From: a virus
Length of the DNA stretch: 64,000 nucleotides
IMG/VR virus record: IMGVR_UViG_3300029286_001586
Span: 1 to 64,000 of that record
Strand: one strand, 5' to 3'
A program made the position numbers and the translations under genes. The first letter of the stretch is position 1. Each line of letters begins with the position of its first letter. Below are positions 29,277 through 39,542 of this stretch, one piece after another. Below the pieces are notes generated by a model. That model worked only from the letters and a program-made list of their open reading frames with translations, was not told the origin of the DNA and searched no databases.

Positions 29277-32200
29277 ATGGTATTCAGCGAAGATTTTTTT
29301 GTCAAACTAAGAATAGACGATACACAACTTAAAAATGATTTTAAGAAAGTAACTAATAGCATAACTGCATCCAGTTCGTCTTCGTCTGGTGCTAATGTTT
29401 TTGGTGCGCTTGATAAAGGAGCAATGTCTAATCTCGCTTCTATAAAAAATCTTGTCTCAAAAGGGTATCTTCCTCTCAATGAGGGCATTGCTCAAAGCAA
29501 AAAAATTATTGATGGAATGAATCTTGGTCTTAACACTTCTGCCGAAGTAATGAAAAGACAAGAACATAATCTTGTCAGGATGGCTGGTGGATTCAAAGCA
29601 ATGGCTTCTGACATAGTTCATGCTACTTCCAAAATGTTGCTTTGGGGTGCTGCTGCGACACTTATTTATATGCCTATTCGTGCATTTACTTCGCTAAATG
29701 AAGCTGGAGAAAAATGGGTAAATACATTAGAAGATATTCAGGCACTCACAAATCTTTCAATAGAACAAACACAAAAACTCGCTTATATTACTAAGTCACA
29801 AGGTATTGACGAACAAGCTGTTTATAAAGGCATAGCAACACTTCAATCCAAACTTCAAACTGCTGGCGGTCGTGGAAAACTAATGGATATTCTGGGAATA
29901 TCTGACCCACAAGAACTTAAAAGAGTAATGTCTGATATCCCATTACTATTTGATAAACTAAGAGAATCTGTTGCTAAAGGAGGAAACGCTGGTAATTGGA
30001 TAAAAGACCTATTTGGTATGAAGGGCTTTGAATTTGCAAAACTCTTTAAGATGAGCCAATCCGATGTTGATGAATTGATGAATAAATATAAAGAGTTTGT
30101 TGGTGTAGTTTCTCAGGAAAGGTTTGAACATCTTGATAAAATGGCAGACCAGTTAAAAGTCAATGAAGCTCTTATGTCTATTATGGCTTTGACAATGAGA
30201 GAGCAATGGCTGCCTGTGTTAATAGCATTATCAGAAGCATCTATTACTTTGATGAAAAATTCGGGATGGGCTTTAGATATATCCAAAATTGTTTATCAAA
30301 GCTCTCTCAATTCCCAGGTATTAAAATGGCAAGACGAATACAAAAACAAAACAGACGAAATGGCTGATGCTATAAAACGATTTGGACTGAATTCTGATGA
30401 AGCAAAAAAGAAACAAAAAGAACTTTTAAGTATTCAAAAAGAAATGATGGCAGCGACAAATATGGCAGACCCGAACTTTCCTTATAATAAAAAACCTTTA
30501 CTAAAACCCTCTCCCGATAAAGATATGCCCGATATAGGGACAACCTCTTATGCAGCAGCATATGTAAAACAAGTCAGAGATGAAACTACCGAAGTAGATA
30601 AATTTAACAAGATAATAGCCAAGAACACTTACTTCATGTCCCAGAACGGACTTGAATTTAATAACTCATATAAACAAGCGCAGATTTATAGAGAACAATT
30701 GCTAGGACTTACAGAAGAATATAAAAAGCTAGACGCACAATTACAAAATTTTGCAAAACCAAATAAATTTGGAAATACTACCTATCAACAAGCATTAAAG
30801 GACATAAATGCTGCCAAAGCTAGTAAGGCTGCACTCGATTTAAAAAACGAAGACAAAACACTTTCTCAGCAAGAAAAAGATGCTAATAAAGTAAAGATAA
30901 GAGAAGCCGAGTCTATGTTAGCCCATGCTTTAGAACAAAAAGAAATGGTAGAACATACTAATTCTGAATATATTAAAATGCTCGGAATTCTTTCTCAGAT
31001 AAACAAAGAACTTTATGGATATGATAGTTCTTTGATGAAGATATTTGACCAAGTAAGTGCGGGTAAAGCCGATTTTGCCGATATATTTTCTATATTAGGA
31101 AATAAGTCAGGTAATAGTATGCTTAGTAATATAGGTACTAGAATAGGTCAAACTGGAGATATTGGAAAGGGGATTGGTTCTGCTATCGGAAGCGTGTTTG
31201 GTCCGATAGGAAGTGTTGTTGGTAGTTTATTTGGCGGAATGATAGGTGGTTTATTTGGACCAGGAAAAGGTCCCGATACAAGTGCAATAGAAAAAGAAAA
31301 TACTGACAGGATTAATGCCAATACTGCTGCACTAAAAGTATTTGAAGACGCATTAAAAAATTCAAGCAATGCTTTAGATGATTTGCCCGAACAAGTAGCC
31401 TCTATCCAATCAAATTTAGATATTGCAACAGGTAAAGCGGGAAAACTTCCTACTATTGACGCAACGAGTAGGAAACTGGATGATTTCGGCGATGCCATAA
31501 CTAAAGTAACATATAATAACGGAAAAGTTGCATGGGAATATGATGGTACAATTGTAGCACTTACTAAAAGCGCAAAGGATGCCAATGATGCAGTTACGGA
31601 ATGGGCAGATAAATTAGCTGCAACAAATACATGGCTGGCAAGAGCAAACGCTTCAACAGCAACAACAGGATTTAATATTGCTATGGGCAACACGGGTGGG
31701 CTAAGTGCAGCACAATATGAAAAGAATCAAATACTCGCTATGATGGGACCAGGAGGGGAATCTTCTTCTTGGACCACAGAGTATTTAAGAAACATGCAGA
31801 TAAAGTTAAAAGAACTTGATGCAACAATGGCGGATTCCAAAGTAACGAGTTTCATGGATAGTTTCAATCAACAGTTGAATATTCAATCTAATTTATACGA
31901 TACAACTTCAGAAAAGGTTGCATTTTACAATCAACTTATAGCCGATATGGGTTCTAGTTTAGACCCTGCGAAATTAGCGGAATTTAATAATGAAATACAG
32001 AGATTACTTTCTCCTTCCCAAACTGTAACAGACCAAGAGGGGGAAATAAGACACGGCGCAGCAGCACTCAGACACAGCTTAATTGCTGGGGGAACAATGA
32101 CTCCCGCAGAAGTAGAAGAAAAAATAAGACAATACAATATAGACGCTTATAAAGTATTATATGAAATGGTTAAAGACACAAATATCTCTCAGGCTATTTT

Positions 32201-32369
32201 AGATGGGTTACAGGAAACAGTCTGGACTTTGGAAGACGCAACATTTACACAGAACAATGAGATAAATAATCAGTTCAGTGGTGATATTGCTAATAATCTC
32301 GATTTTGATTACTTTGTACGAAGAATAGCTCAGGAAATGAGCAGACAGGGGCGGTCATACGCTTTTTAA
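29277..32369 (+). CDS. Tape measure protein
   Basis: 1030 aa, helical, with GPIGSVVGSLFGG segment; after chaperones. Confidence 0.85.
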   Translation: MVFSEDFFVKLRIDDTQLKNDFKKVTNSITASSSSSSGANVFGALDKGAMSNLASIKNLVSKGYLPLNEGIAQSKKIIDGMNLGLNTSAEVMKRQEHNLVRMAGGFKAMASDIVHATSKMLLWGAAATLIYMPIRAFTSLNEAGEKWVNTLEDIQALTNLSIEQTQKLAYITKSQGIDEQAVYKGIATLQSKLQTAGGRGKLMDILGISDPQELKRVMSDIPLLFDKLRESVAKGGNAGNWIKDLFGMKGFEFAKLFKMSQSDVDELMNKYKEFVGVVSQERFEHLDKMADQLKVNEALMSIMALTMREQWLPVLIALSEASITLMKNSGWALDISKIVYQSSLNSQVLKWQDEYKNKTDEMADAIKRFGLNSDEAKKKQKELLSIQKEMMAATNMADPNFPYNKKPLLKPSPDKDMPDIGTTSYAAAYVKQVRDETTEVDKFNKIIAKNTYFMSQNGLEFNNSYKQAQIYREQLLGLTEEYKKLDAQLQNFAKPNKFGNTTYQQALKDINAAKASKAALDLKNEDKTLSQQEKDANKVKIREAESMLAHALEQKEMVEHTNSEYIKMLGILSQINKELYGYDSSLMKIFDQVSAGKADFADIFSILGNKSGNSMLSNIGTRIGQTGDIGKGIGSAIGSVFGPIGSVVGSLFGGMIGGLFGPGKGPDTSAIEKENTDRINANTAALKVFEDALKNSSNALDDLPEQVASIQSNLDIATGKAGKLPTIDATSRKLDDFGDAITKVTYNNGKVAWEYDGTIVALTKSAKDANDAVTEWADKLAATNTWLARANASTATTGFNIAMGNTGGLSAAQYEKNQILAMMGPGGESSSWTTEYLRNMQIKLKELDATMADSKVTSFMDSFNQQLNIQSNLYDTTSEKVAFYNQLIADMGSSLDPAKLAEFNNEIQRLLSPSQTVTDQEGEIRHGAAALRHSLIAGGTMTPAEVEEKIRQYNIDAYKVLYEMVKDTNISQAILDGLQETVWTLEDATFTQNNEINNQFSGDIANNLDFDYFVRRIAQEMSRQGRSYAF

Positions 32370-32372
32370 ACT

Positions 32373-33239
32373 ATGGCAGACATAATAAGACTTAGAAATC
32401 CTTTAGATACAAGTAAATACATAGACATTAATAACTCGACTTTAAGTGGGTGTTTTCTTGGGGTGGAACAATGTGATTTTGGAAAGTTCACTGGTTATCG
32501 AAAAGCAATACACGAATTCCCAGGACAGGATATTGCTAAGTATCAGAAGATAGGGCTTAATCCAAGAGACGGAAAGATAAACTTTTATCTCATGGCTCAA
32601 AATTCCGCAACTACTTATAGAACTGACCTACACAACGCTTTAAATGATTTATATAATTACATGTTCATTCAAGATGTTCAATTATATCTTAATCCCCCAA
32701 ATAGATACGTGGTCGTGAATTGTGTTGGTGCAAATGTAACTGATGACGTTAAAGACGATAGTGTATTGAATATTGAAACTAATTTTATTGCAGTTGACCC
32801 ATTTTCATATGAGGACTCTCTTACAGTGCAGTCTTCTTATATGGGGAGTGTGTCGGGAAAGAACCAATCTTTTCATGTTTCTGGTATGTTATATGTTGAC
32901 CCGATAATTAAATGGAGTAATTATGGTGGAGGACTTGCAAGTGGTTTCTATCGCCAGGAAAATTTCATGATTTACAACGACACTAACGGGACATATTATG
33001 AATTCAATAGCCAGACCCCCCTTGTAAGCGGTTGGTATCTTGAAATAGATTGCACTAATGCAACTGTGATAAGCAATAATATAGCCGATTCATTAACAGA
33101 TATCAATAAAATTGGTTATACAAATAGTCCGTCATTCATGCGTCTTGAAGGCAATAGGTCTAATAATTTGAGAGTTATCGATTCATTACAGAATAGTGGA
33201 AAACTTGAAATTACATATAGGAATAGGTGGTTTGTATAA
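32373..33239 (+). CDS. Distal tail protein (Dit-like)
   Basis: F.A.DPF, LEIDC...V, ends ITYRNRW; follows TMP. Confidence 0.75.
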   Translation: MADIIRLRNPLDTSKYIDINNSTLSGCFLGVEQCDFGKFTGYRKAIHEFPGQDIAKYQKIGLNPRDGKINFYLMAQNSATTYRTDLHNALNDLYNYMFIQDVQLYLNPPNRYVVVNCVGANVTDDVKDDSVLNIETNFIAVDPFSYEDSLTVQSSYMGSVSGKNQSFHVSGMLYVDPIIKWSNYGGGLASGFYRQENFMIYNDTNGTYYEFNSQTPLVSGWYLEIDCTNATVISNNIADSLTDINKIGYTNSPSFMRLEGNRSNNLRVIDSLQNSGKLEITYRNRWFV

Positions 33240-34475
33240 ATGCTTGATTTAAGCAAAATAACAGTACATATTTTTAAGAACTTACTTCTTACTGAAATAT
33301 TTACAACATTAGTTTCTGTTGAATGGACGCTTACTAAAGGTAATGAGGCGGGAACATTCAAGGTTGTATTAAATAAATCATCAAACAATATTGAAAACAT
33401 TCATTATAATGATGAAATAAAAATTTATTATGATAACTCGCTTAAATTCGGGGGTAGAATACAAACCAAAGACATAGATGACGATAATGATACCATTACA
33501 ATAGGAGGATATTCATACACATTTGAATTATTGAATAAGCAAGTAAACTGGAAATATACAAATGAATATGCACATAAAATAGTCGAGTCTCTTGTGGACT
33601 TGCATAACAGTGACGGTGAAATAAGTTATGTGTCAGGATTAGGAGTTGATACTTTTAGTGTATTTATAGATGAAGTTCTTTTTCAGCAAGACATGCTCAG
33701 TAATGCAGTTCAAAAAATGGCAGATGTAACAAATGCTTCTTATTGGGTAGATGCTAATAAAAAATTATATTTCAAAAAAGACGAATATGTTAGTGGTGAT
33801 ATTACAAACATGTACATGAAGAATGTTAATGTTTCTAATATGAGGGTTACCAAAGATTCGTCTACAATAAAAAATAGAGGATTTCTTTTCGGAGGGGCTT
33901 ATTCTGGTCAGGCAGTTCAGGTAGTTGAAACCATACAAAACTCGAATTCTGTTGATTTATTTGGTCCCAGAGATTTTTGTATATATGATACATCGGTAAC
34001 TACCAGCGGGTATGCCCAATATAAATTAATATCCGAAATAACAAAATATTCGGACCCTAAAGTGTACGGAAGTTTTGATGTTCCTGGTGGTGATATAAAT
34101 CTGAATTATGACAGTTATATAAATCTTAAAAATTTCGGCAATGAAATCGATGATATATATCTTACTAAATCAGTCGGATATAAAATCGATTTAAAGGGAG
34201 CTACTACAAGCATTAATTTTGAAAGCAGAGTCCCGAATATTGAAAAAATTACAAAAGAACTAGATGAGCGAATATCACGGCTTGAAAAATCGCAGATAAC
34301 AGCGAATTTTATATTTAATATTTTGGATAGATTTGGATTAAGCGATTTTAACCCAGGCAATCAACCAGAGAATATTTGTTTGTATGATAGCGGAGTATTT
34401 GATAATCAAGTCTTTTGTTATGAACCATATTTGTTTTTGTACAATTCCGATACATTAGAATATTGGATTAATTAG
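33240..34475 (+). CDS. Baseplate hub/Tal-like protein
   Basis: FGGRI, YWVDANKKLYF, IKNR patterns; follows Dit. Confidence 0.7.
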   Translation: MLDLSKITVHIFKNLLLTEIFTTLVSVEWTLTKGNEAGTFKVVLNKSSNNIENIHYNDEIKIYYDNSLKFGGRIQTKDIDDDNDTITIGGYSYTFELLNKQVNWKYTNEYAHKIVESLVDLHNSDGEISYVSGLGVDTFSVFIDEVLFQQDMLSNAVQKMADVTNASYWVDANKKLYFKKDEYVSGDITNMYMKNVNVSNMRVTKDSSTIKNRGFLFGGAYSGQAVQVVETIQNSNSVDLFGPRDFCIYDTSVTTSGYAQYKLISEITKYSDPKVYGSFDVPGGDINLNYDSYINLKNFGNEIDDIYLTKSVGYKIDLKGATTSINFESRVPNIEKITKELDERISRLEKSQITANFIFNILDRFGLSDFNPGNQPENICLYDSGVFDNQVFCYEPYLFLYNSDTLEYWIN

Positions 34476-34484
34476 GAGAAATAA

Positions 34485-34874
34485 ATGAACGAAAATCTGC
34501 AACGCTTACGAGAACTGACGCACAAATTAACAACATATAAAGAAATACCTCAATTTGTTTATGATAAAAGTGTAGAAGTTGATTTAGAAAAGGGGCACTG
34601 CACTGGTTGGAAAGTTCTGGTTGAAGAAGATATGGGAGTCCATAAATGGTTTATGACCGCTGGTTCGGAATTCCCAAATCATAAACACGAATGTATGGAA
34701 CTTTTGGTAGTATATAAAGGTCATATGAGCGTAATTGTGGACGGAGAAAGATACAAACTCGGCAGAGGCGATAGCTTAAAAATAGAAGCTGGGAAAGAAC
34801 ATGCTCTTATATATGAGGAAGATACATGGGCATTGACAATAACTATTCCTTTGGAAGAAGGTTTTCCTAAATGA
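34485..34874 (+). CDS. Cupin-domain protein
   Basis: HKH...E...YKG...GD...I.AG.EH. Confidence 0.8.
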   Translation: MNENLQRLRELTHKLTTYKEIPQFVYDKSVEVDLEKGHCTGWKVLVEEDMGVHKWFMTAGSEFPNHKHECMELLVVYKGHMSVIVDGERYKLGRGDSLKIEAGKEHALIYEEDTWALTITIPLEEGFPK

Positions 34875-35209
34875 TGGTAGAATTAAAAGAACCCAATACT
34901 TCGGGATGGGATGCGTGGGCAAATTATGTGTTAAAGGAACTAGAAAGACTTAATCATTGTATTGAAGAACTCACACGAACACTAACAGAATTAAGAGAAT
35001 CCATTAATAAATATACGGGAGACTTAAAAGCAGATACAAAAGACCTCTCTCAAAATTTAAAAGTTGACCATGCCAAAGAAATAGGACGAGTGTGGGCAGA
35101 AATAAAATTACTCAATTTCAAATCTGGGTTGTGGGGTCTTGTCGGCGGACTTATTCCCGCAGCAGTTGTTGCATTTTATTTTATAGCTAGATGGTTTTTG
35201 AGTAATTAG
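34871..35209 (+). CDS. Coiled-coil protein with C-terminal TM helix (XhlA-like or holin-like)
   Basis: WANYVLKELERL; hydrophobic C-terminus. Confidence 0.5.
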   Translation: MMVELKEPNTSGWDAWANYVLKELERLNHCIEELTRTLTELRESINKYTGDLKADTKDLSQNLKVDHAKEIGRVWAEIKLLNFKSGLWGLVGGLIPAAVVAFYFIARWFLSN

Positions 35210-35218
35210 GAGAGAAAT

Positions 35219-35662
35219 ATGCAAGAAGGATTTGTTTTAAAGGGGCAGGTAGAATTAGAAATCATACGGGAAGATGGCAGCATTGAAATAATAAAGAATA
35301 ATAATACTATTATGGATGTATCAAGACAAAATGTAGCGAATATTCTTTTAGGAAATGATACTTCTGGGGTAATACCCATGTTTTTTGGAGTTGGCACAGA
35401 CCCAACAATATCAAATGTAAATATGTCAGAATTAGTCGTTCCTCTTGGTGCAAGAAAGTTTTTGGTATCAAAAGACAAGTCTTATTCTTCATTAGTGTAT
35501 CAATTTCAAAGTGCTGCTGGAGAGCACACAGGAACTTGGAAAGAGGCTGGGCTGTTTTCGTCATATAATGACACAGGAACTCTTTTTTGTAGGGCAAATA
35601 TTTCTCCAGTCAATAAAGCTGCGGGCGATACAATAAATGGAACATGGAGGATTATATTCTAA
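35219..35662 (+). CDS. Tail tip/fibre attachment protein
   Basis: GVGT, EAGLF, LFCR, K...D....W.I motifs. Confidence 0.65.
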   Translation: MQEGFVLKGQVELEIIREDGSIEIIKNNNTIMDVSRQNVANILLGNDTSGVIPMFFGVGTDPTISNVNMSELVVPLGARKFLVSKDKSYSSLVYQFQSAAGEHTGTWKEAGLFSSYNDTGTLFCRANISPVNKAAGDTINGTWRIIF

Positions 35663-36681
35663 TGGCTACTTATGTAAATCTTATAACATCAACGATGCAA
35701 CCGATACAACCCGTATCGAGTTCTGATATGAAAAATAATTTTTTGCAAATAAAATCTGCTCTTGTTGATGGAACTTTGGATTTAAATACAAAATCGGTAA
35801 CAATAAACGGAACTAATACTACTGTATTATCTAACGAAGTAACTGGTGGAGGACTCAGATTAAAAACTGATAGTGCATGTACAGGCGGATTTGAATTACA
35901 GACATATAATGCAGGACCAGGATATACAAACAAATTAACACTTTCTAATGATGGAGATTTAAACATTCTTTCATCTGCTGCGGTATCTGCATTTTCTGTT
36001 ACAAACGCAACAAGGGCTGTTTCTACTGGAACACTGTCTTTGACTGGACCAAGTGTTGATAGTCTTGGTGGGAATATATTTTCTGGGTCTTCATCAGGGG
36101 CATTATCAATAACTGCTGGTGCAACTAATCAAGGCGGAAGAATAGAACTTTATGGCGGAACTCATGCAACACTTCCAGGTCAAATCCTTATTAAAACAGG
36201 AACAACTGGAGGAGCAACTACCGCAATCACAATAGCGAATACAGGAGTAGTAACCTTTGCTCAACCAATCGTAGCAACAATTACTACGGCAGCGCAAACA
36301 AACATAACATCTGTTGGAACTTTAGTGTCCCTTACTGTCTCAGGAGCAGTAACAGCAGGGACTTCTTCTACTGGCGTTATGTGGAAAGTATTAAATATTG
36401 GGGATTGGGATATGGTAGCAAGTGATAATTGTGCAGTTGCTCACGGATTAGGAGATAGTTTTAAAAAGATTGTGAGTGTTTTTGCAGTAATTAGAACAGA
36501 TAATGATGCTGCTTATTATAATTTGTCTTCGTATATTGGCGGAGTAGCTATGGGAGGAGTTTATTCGTTTTCTAATACAAATATTAATTTGGCAAGGGAA
36601 ACGGGAGGAATTTTTAATCATACGGATTTTAATGCAACTTCTTTCAATAGAGGATTTGTTTATGTCGCTTATACAGCATAG
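35662..36681 (+). CDS. Tail fibre/receptor-binding protein
   Basis: T/G/S-rich; TTAAQTNITSVGTL repeat unit; C-terminal IGDWDM...AHGL...NRG domain. Confidence 0.7.
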   Translation: MATYVNLITSTMQPIQPVSSSDMKNNFLQIKSALVDGTLDLNTKSVTINGTNTTVLSNEVTGGGLRLKTDSACTGGFELQTYNAGPGYTNKLTLSNDGDLNILSSAAVSAFSVTNATRAVSTGTLSLTGPSVDSLGGNIFSGSSSGALSITAGATNQGGRIELYGGTHATLPGQILIKTGTTGGATTAITIANTGVVTFAQPIVATITTAAQTNITSVGTLVSLTVSGAVTAGTSSTGVMWKVLNIGDWDMVASDNCAVAHGLGDSFKKIVSVFAVIRTDNDAAYYNLSSYIGGVAMGGVYSFSNTNINLARETGGIFNHTDFNATSFNRGFVYVAYTA

Positions 36682-36690
36682 GAGAAAACA

Positions 36691-36930
36691 ATGAAAAAAA
36701 TAATTGAATGGATTTCGGCTCATAATGATAAAGTATTACATTTTTTATTTGGGTACTTAATTTGTACTGTATTTCCTGTTTATTGGACATATGGTTTAGT
36801 GTTAAGTATTGTAGCGGGTTCTGTTAAAGAATATTGGGATAGTAAAGGAAATGGTTGCGTTGATACTTGGGATTTCGTAGCAACTGTTTGTGGAGGTATT
36901 GTAGGAGCAATTGCTCTTTCAATAAAATAA
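36691..36930 (+). CDS. Small membrane protein
   Basis: DKVLHF..G, KEYWD, D..AT..GG. Confidence 0.6.
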   Translation: MKKIIEWISAHNDKVLHFLFGYLICTVFPVYWTYGLVLSIVAGSVKEYWDSKGNGCVDTWDFVATVCGGIVGAIALSIK

Positions 36931-36931
36931 T

Positions 36932-37162
36932 ATGAAAAAACGATTTAGTTTTGGGTTAAATATATTTCTTACATCAACAAAATTTGCTGGTTATATGTGT
37001 ATTATATATTCAATGTTAATGCCTTTATTTAAAGTCATTGATGTAACAGCGTTTCTTGCAGCGGGGGTGACGCTTCTGGTAGGAAAAACTGCCGTCGATG
37101 CAGGAAAAGAAGCATTTGAAACTAAAAAGAAAGATGGTAAACCAAATAGTGATTCAATATGA
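36932..37162 (+). CDS. Putative holin
   Basis: Two TM segments, basic C-terminal tail, upstream of endolysin. Confidence 0.5.
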   Translation: MKKRFSFGLNIFLTSTKFAGYMCIIYSMLMPLFKVIDVTAFLAAGVTLLVGKTAVDAGKEAFETKKKDGKPNSDSI

Positions 37163-37698
37163 TTAATCAGATAAAGACTTATATAATTTATTTTCTTTCT
37201 GCTCTTGTTGTTGCAATGGGATTATGGATGTATATTACTAAACCCATTGCTCCTGAGAAACCTCTAACACTAAAACCAGATGAAATAACTAAGACAGTTA
37301 TTTCTGGAACAAAGATACAAACGCTTAATAAAATATCAAGTAATGAAGCAAGTTATGTCAGCAAAGATATTAGTCCTAGAGATAAAGATATCAAGATAAT
37401 AGTTAAAGATAATGGAAGTGTTGTTGTAGAAAATCATGACCTTGTTTTTCTGCCATTGAATATTTCCATCGGGCTTCAATATCCCCAAGAACCGACTCCA
37501 GTTATAGAGATTTCTCTTTTAAGATATAAACAGTATTCTCTACATGCGGGAGTGAGTCAACTAGGACTTTCTTTATCAGCTAACAGGGATTTATATGATA
37601 TATTTTCTTTTGCGCCGAATACTTATATAGGAATTTTCATAAGAAAGAACTACAATGCTTCTACGAATTACGGTTTACAGGGAGGCATTTATTTTTAA
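37159..37698 (+). CDS. Putative spanin-like protein (N-terminal TM, C-terminal amphipathic beta strands ending in Phe)
   Basis: Lysis cassette position and topology. Confidence 0.4.
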   Translation: MINQIKTYIIYFLSALVVAMGLWMYITKPIAPEKPLTLKPDEITKTVISGTKIQTLNKISSNEASYVSKDISPRDKDIKIIVKDNGSVVVENHDLVFLPLNISIGLQYPQEPTPVIEISLLRYKQYSLHAGVSQLGLSLSANRDLYDIFSFAPNTYIGIFIRKNYNASTNYGLQGGIYF

Positions 37699-38246
37699 TG
37701 CAAATTATAGATGTGAGAAAAACACTTAAAACAAATACAAAAGTGAAATGGCCAGATTTTAATGCTCCCCGTCATATTAGTTCAATTAAACTTGGTGTAA
37801 TCCATCACACCAGTGATTATATTGTAGATTTGAACAAACTTAATGATATAGAAATTCGGGAAACCCGAATATACAAAGATGGTTGCGAGAGAGTTCCATA
37901 TCATTATTGGATAAATTTGCAGGGCGTAATTTATTGGTGCAACGATTTGGAGCAAATCACATGGACATGTAATAACGCTAACCCCATTGCGCTAAGCATT
38001 GCTTTATGTGGTAATTTTCAACAAAACGGACCCCGCCCAAATCAAGTCAAAGCACTTAAAGAACTTTTGGATTGGCTGTGTAAAAAGCGTCCAGACATAC
38101 CTAATTTGACCCAGGAGACAGTTTACGGTCATGGAGAAGAATATATGCGGAGTTTTGGGAATCGAACAAGTTGCCCTGGCAAATACCTTCAACCTTTGAT
38201 AACGAATTACCGAAAATTTGGCGATTTTAATGCAAAAACTGCCTAG
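37698..38246 (+). CDS. Endolysin, N-acetylmuramoyl-L-alanine amidase (Amidase_2/PGRP-like)
   Basis: VIHHT, YHY, IALCGNF, YGH, TSCPG. Confidence 0.88.
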   Translation: MQIIDVRKTLKTNTKVKWPDFNAPRHISSIKLGVIHHTSDYIVDLNKLNDIEIRETRIYKDGCERVPYHYWINLQGVIYWCNDLEQITWTCNNANPIALSIALCGNFQQNGPRPNQVKALKELLDWLCKKRPDIPNLTQETVYGHGEEYMRSFGNRTSCPGKYLQPLITNYRKFGDFNAKTA

Positions 38247-38392
38247 TAAAGAGTATATATTGGATTTAAAGAAGCGTTATGAGCTTAATTATCCGCTTTC
38301 AAAAGAGGAATGGATAGCACTATGTGGGGCATATAAAACACTGTGTAGTGACCATTTTAATGCTGATGGGAGCCTAAAGACAGTAAAAGAGC

Positions 38393-38770
38393 TTGAAAAA
38401 TATGAGTAGACATTATAAAAGGAAACTAATACTAAAAACAACTTCTGCCACAGGTTGGAAAAAAGCCAAAGATATTTATATATATGGAAAAGATATCTCC
38501 GAAAAATATAGAGCAACAAAATGGGGAGCTAAAACGAGAAATCTAAAATTCAATATAACTTTGGACGAGTTTGCTGATATTATAAGACTTCCTTGTTTCT
38601 ATTGTGCGACAACAGTTTACAAACGAGGACTTGATAGATTAGATAATAATGATGGTTATTATCTAAGTAATGTTGTTTCGTGCTGTTGGACATGTAATCG
38701 TATGAAAAGCGACATGTCATTAGATGATTTCTGGTATCATATTAGAAAAATAGCTCGTATTTTGGAATAG
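38393..38770 (+). CDS. HNH-type (His-Me finger) endonuclease-like protein
   Basis: CFYC, GLDRLDN..GY...NVVSCC..CN.MK. Confidence 0.75.
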   Translation: MKNMSRHYKRKLILKTTSATGWKKAKDIYIYGKDISEKYRATKWGAKTRNLKFNITLDEFADIIRLPCFYCATTVYKRGLDRLDNNDGYYLSNVVSCCWTCNRMKSDMSLDDFWYHIRKIARILE

Positions 38771-38814
38771 TTTGTCGCTAGAATAGCCTGTAAGCTCGAA
38801 ATCTATTGTATTAT

Positions 38815-39048
38815 TCAATGAGTTTTCTTGGAACGAGCCTTATGTAGTCTATCTGCCACTGCCTTCTTTTCGGCTTCGGAAAACGCCCTTTTTTTACGAG
38901 CAGAAGTAGGATTGGTCCCAAATCTGAGTAAGTATAGTGGACAGGTAGGAATAGGACATTCAGTTACTTCTTTTCTTTGACCCCCACCACACTCCAAACA
39001 ATGCTTTTTAATCTGCTTTAACGGACTTATTTTTTCGTGTTTAATCAT
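38815..39048 (-). CDS. Cys-rich conserved phage protein
   Basis: CLECGGG..EV..C....CPLY..R.G. Confidence 0.65.
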   Translation of the reverse strand: MIKHEKISPLKQIKKHCLECGGGQRKEVTECPIPTCPLYLLRFGTNPTSARKKRAFSEAEKKAVADRLHKARSKKTH

Positions 39049-39542
39049 AGTAAATCCTTTTTCACCTCCTTTATAATCGACCTTGACATATAGGACTTAT
39101 TCCTGACATCAATTTTCCACACTCCATGCAATTATGTAATTCTGCATGACACTCAGGACACTTCATATTCACCTTCCCCCTTTCTGTGGTTTGTTGGCTA
39201 CTTCATCGGCTTTGGCGAGGATGGCAGAACGGCAAGCGTTCCAATAGTGTAAGCCACAAGCGCAAGACGCTCTTGACCTGTGTATTCTTCCGTCTGCGAA
39301 CTTCTTAAATGCCTGACAAGGGTAATAGTGGTCATCCCTCTCATCAGGCACACACTCCCTTATCTTCTGCGCTGTGTAGAGGGAGAGGTCGGCTTCAAAT
39401 TCTTTCTTCATATCGACGATGCTATTCACACGCTTATCAGTAGCTTTTTCATACGCTCTTGCCTTTTTAACAAGCTCATAAAACATCTTGAAACCTCTTG
39501 TCTTAGCCGTCATCGCTTTGTTATCTGTCATTTGTTCTGTCA

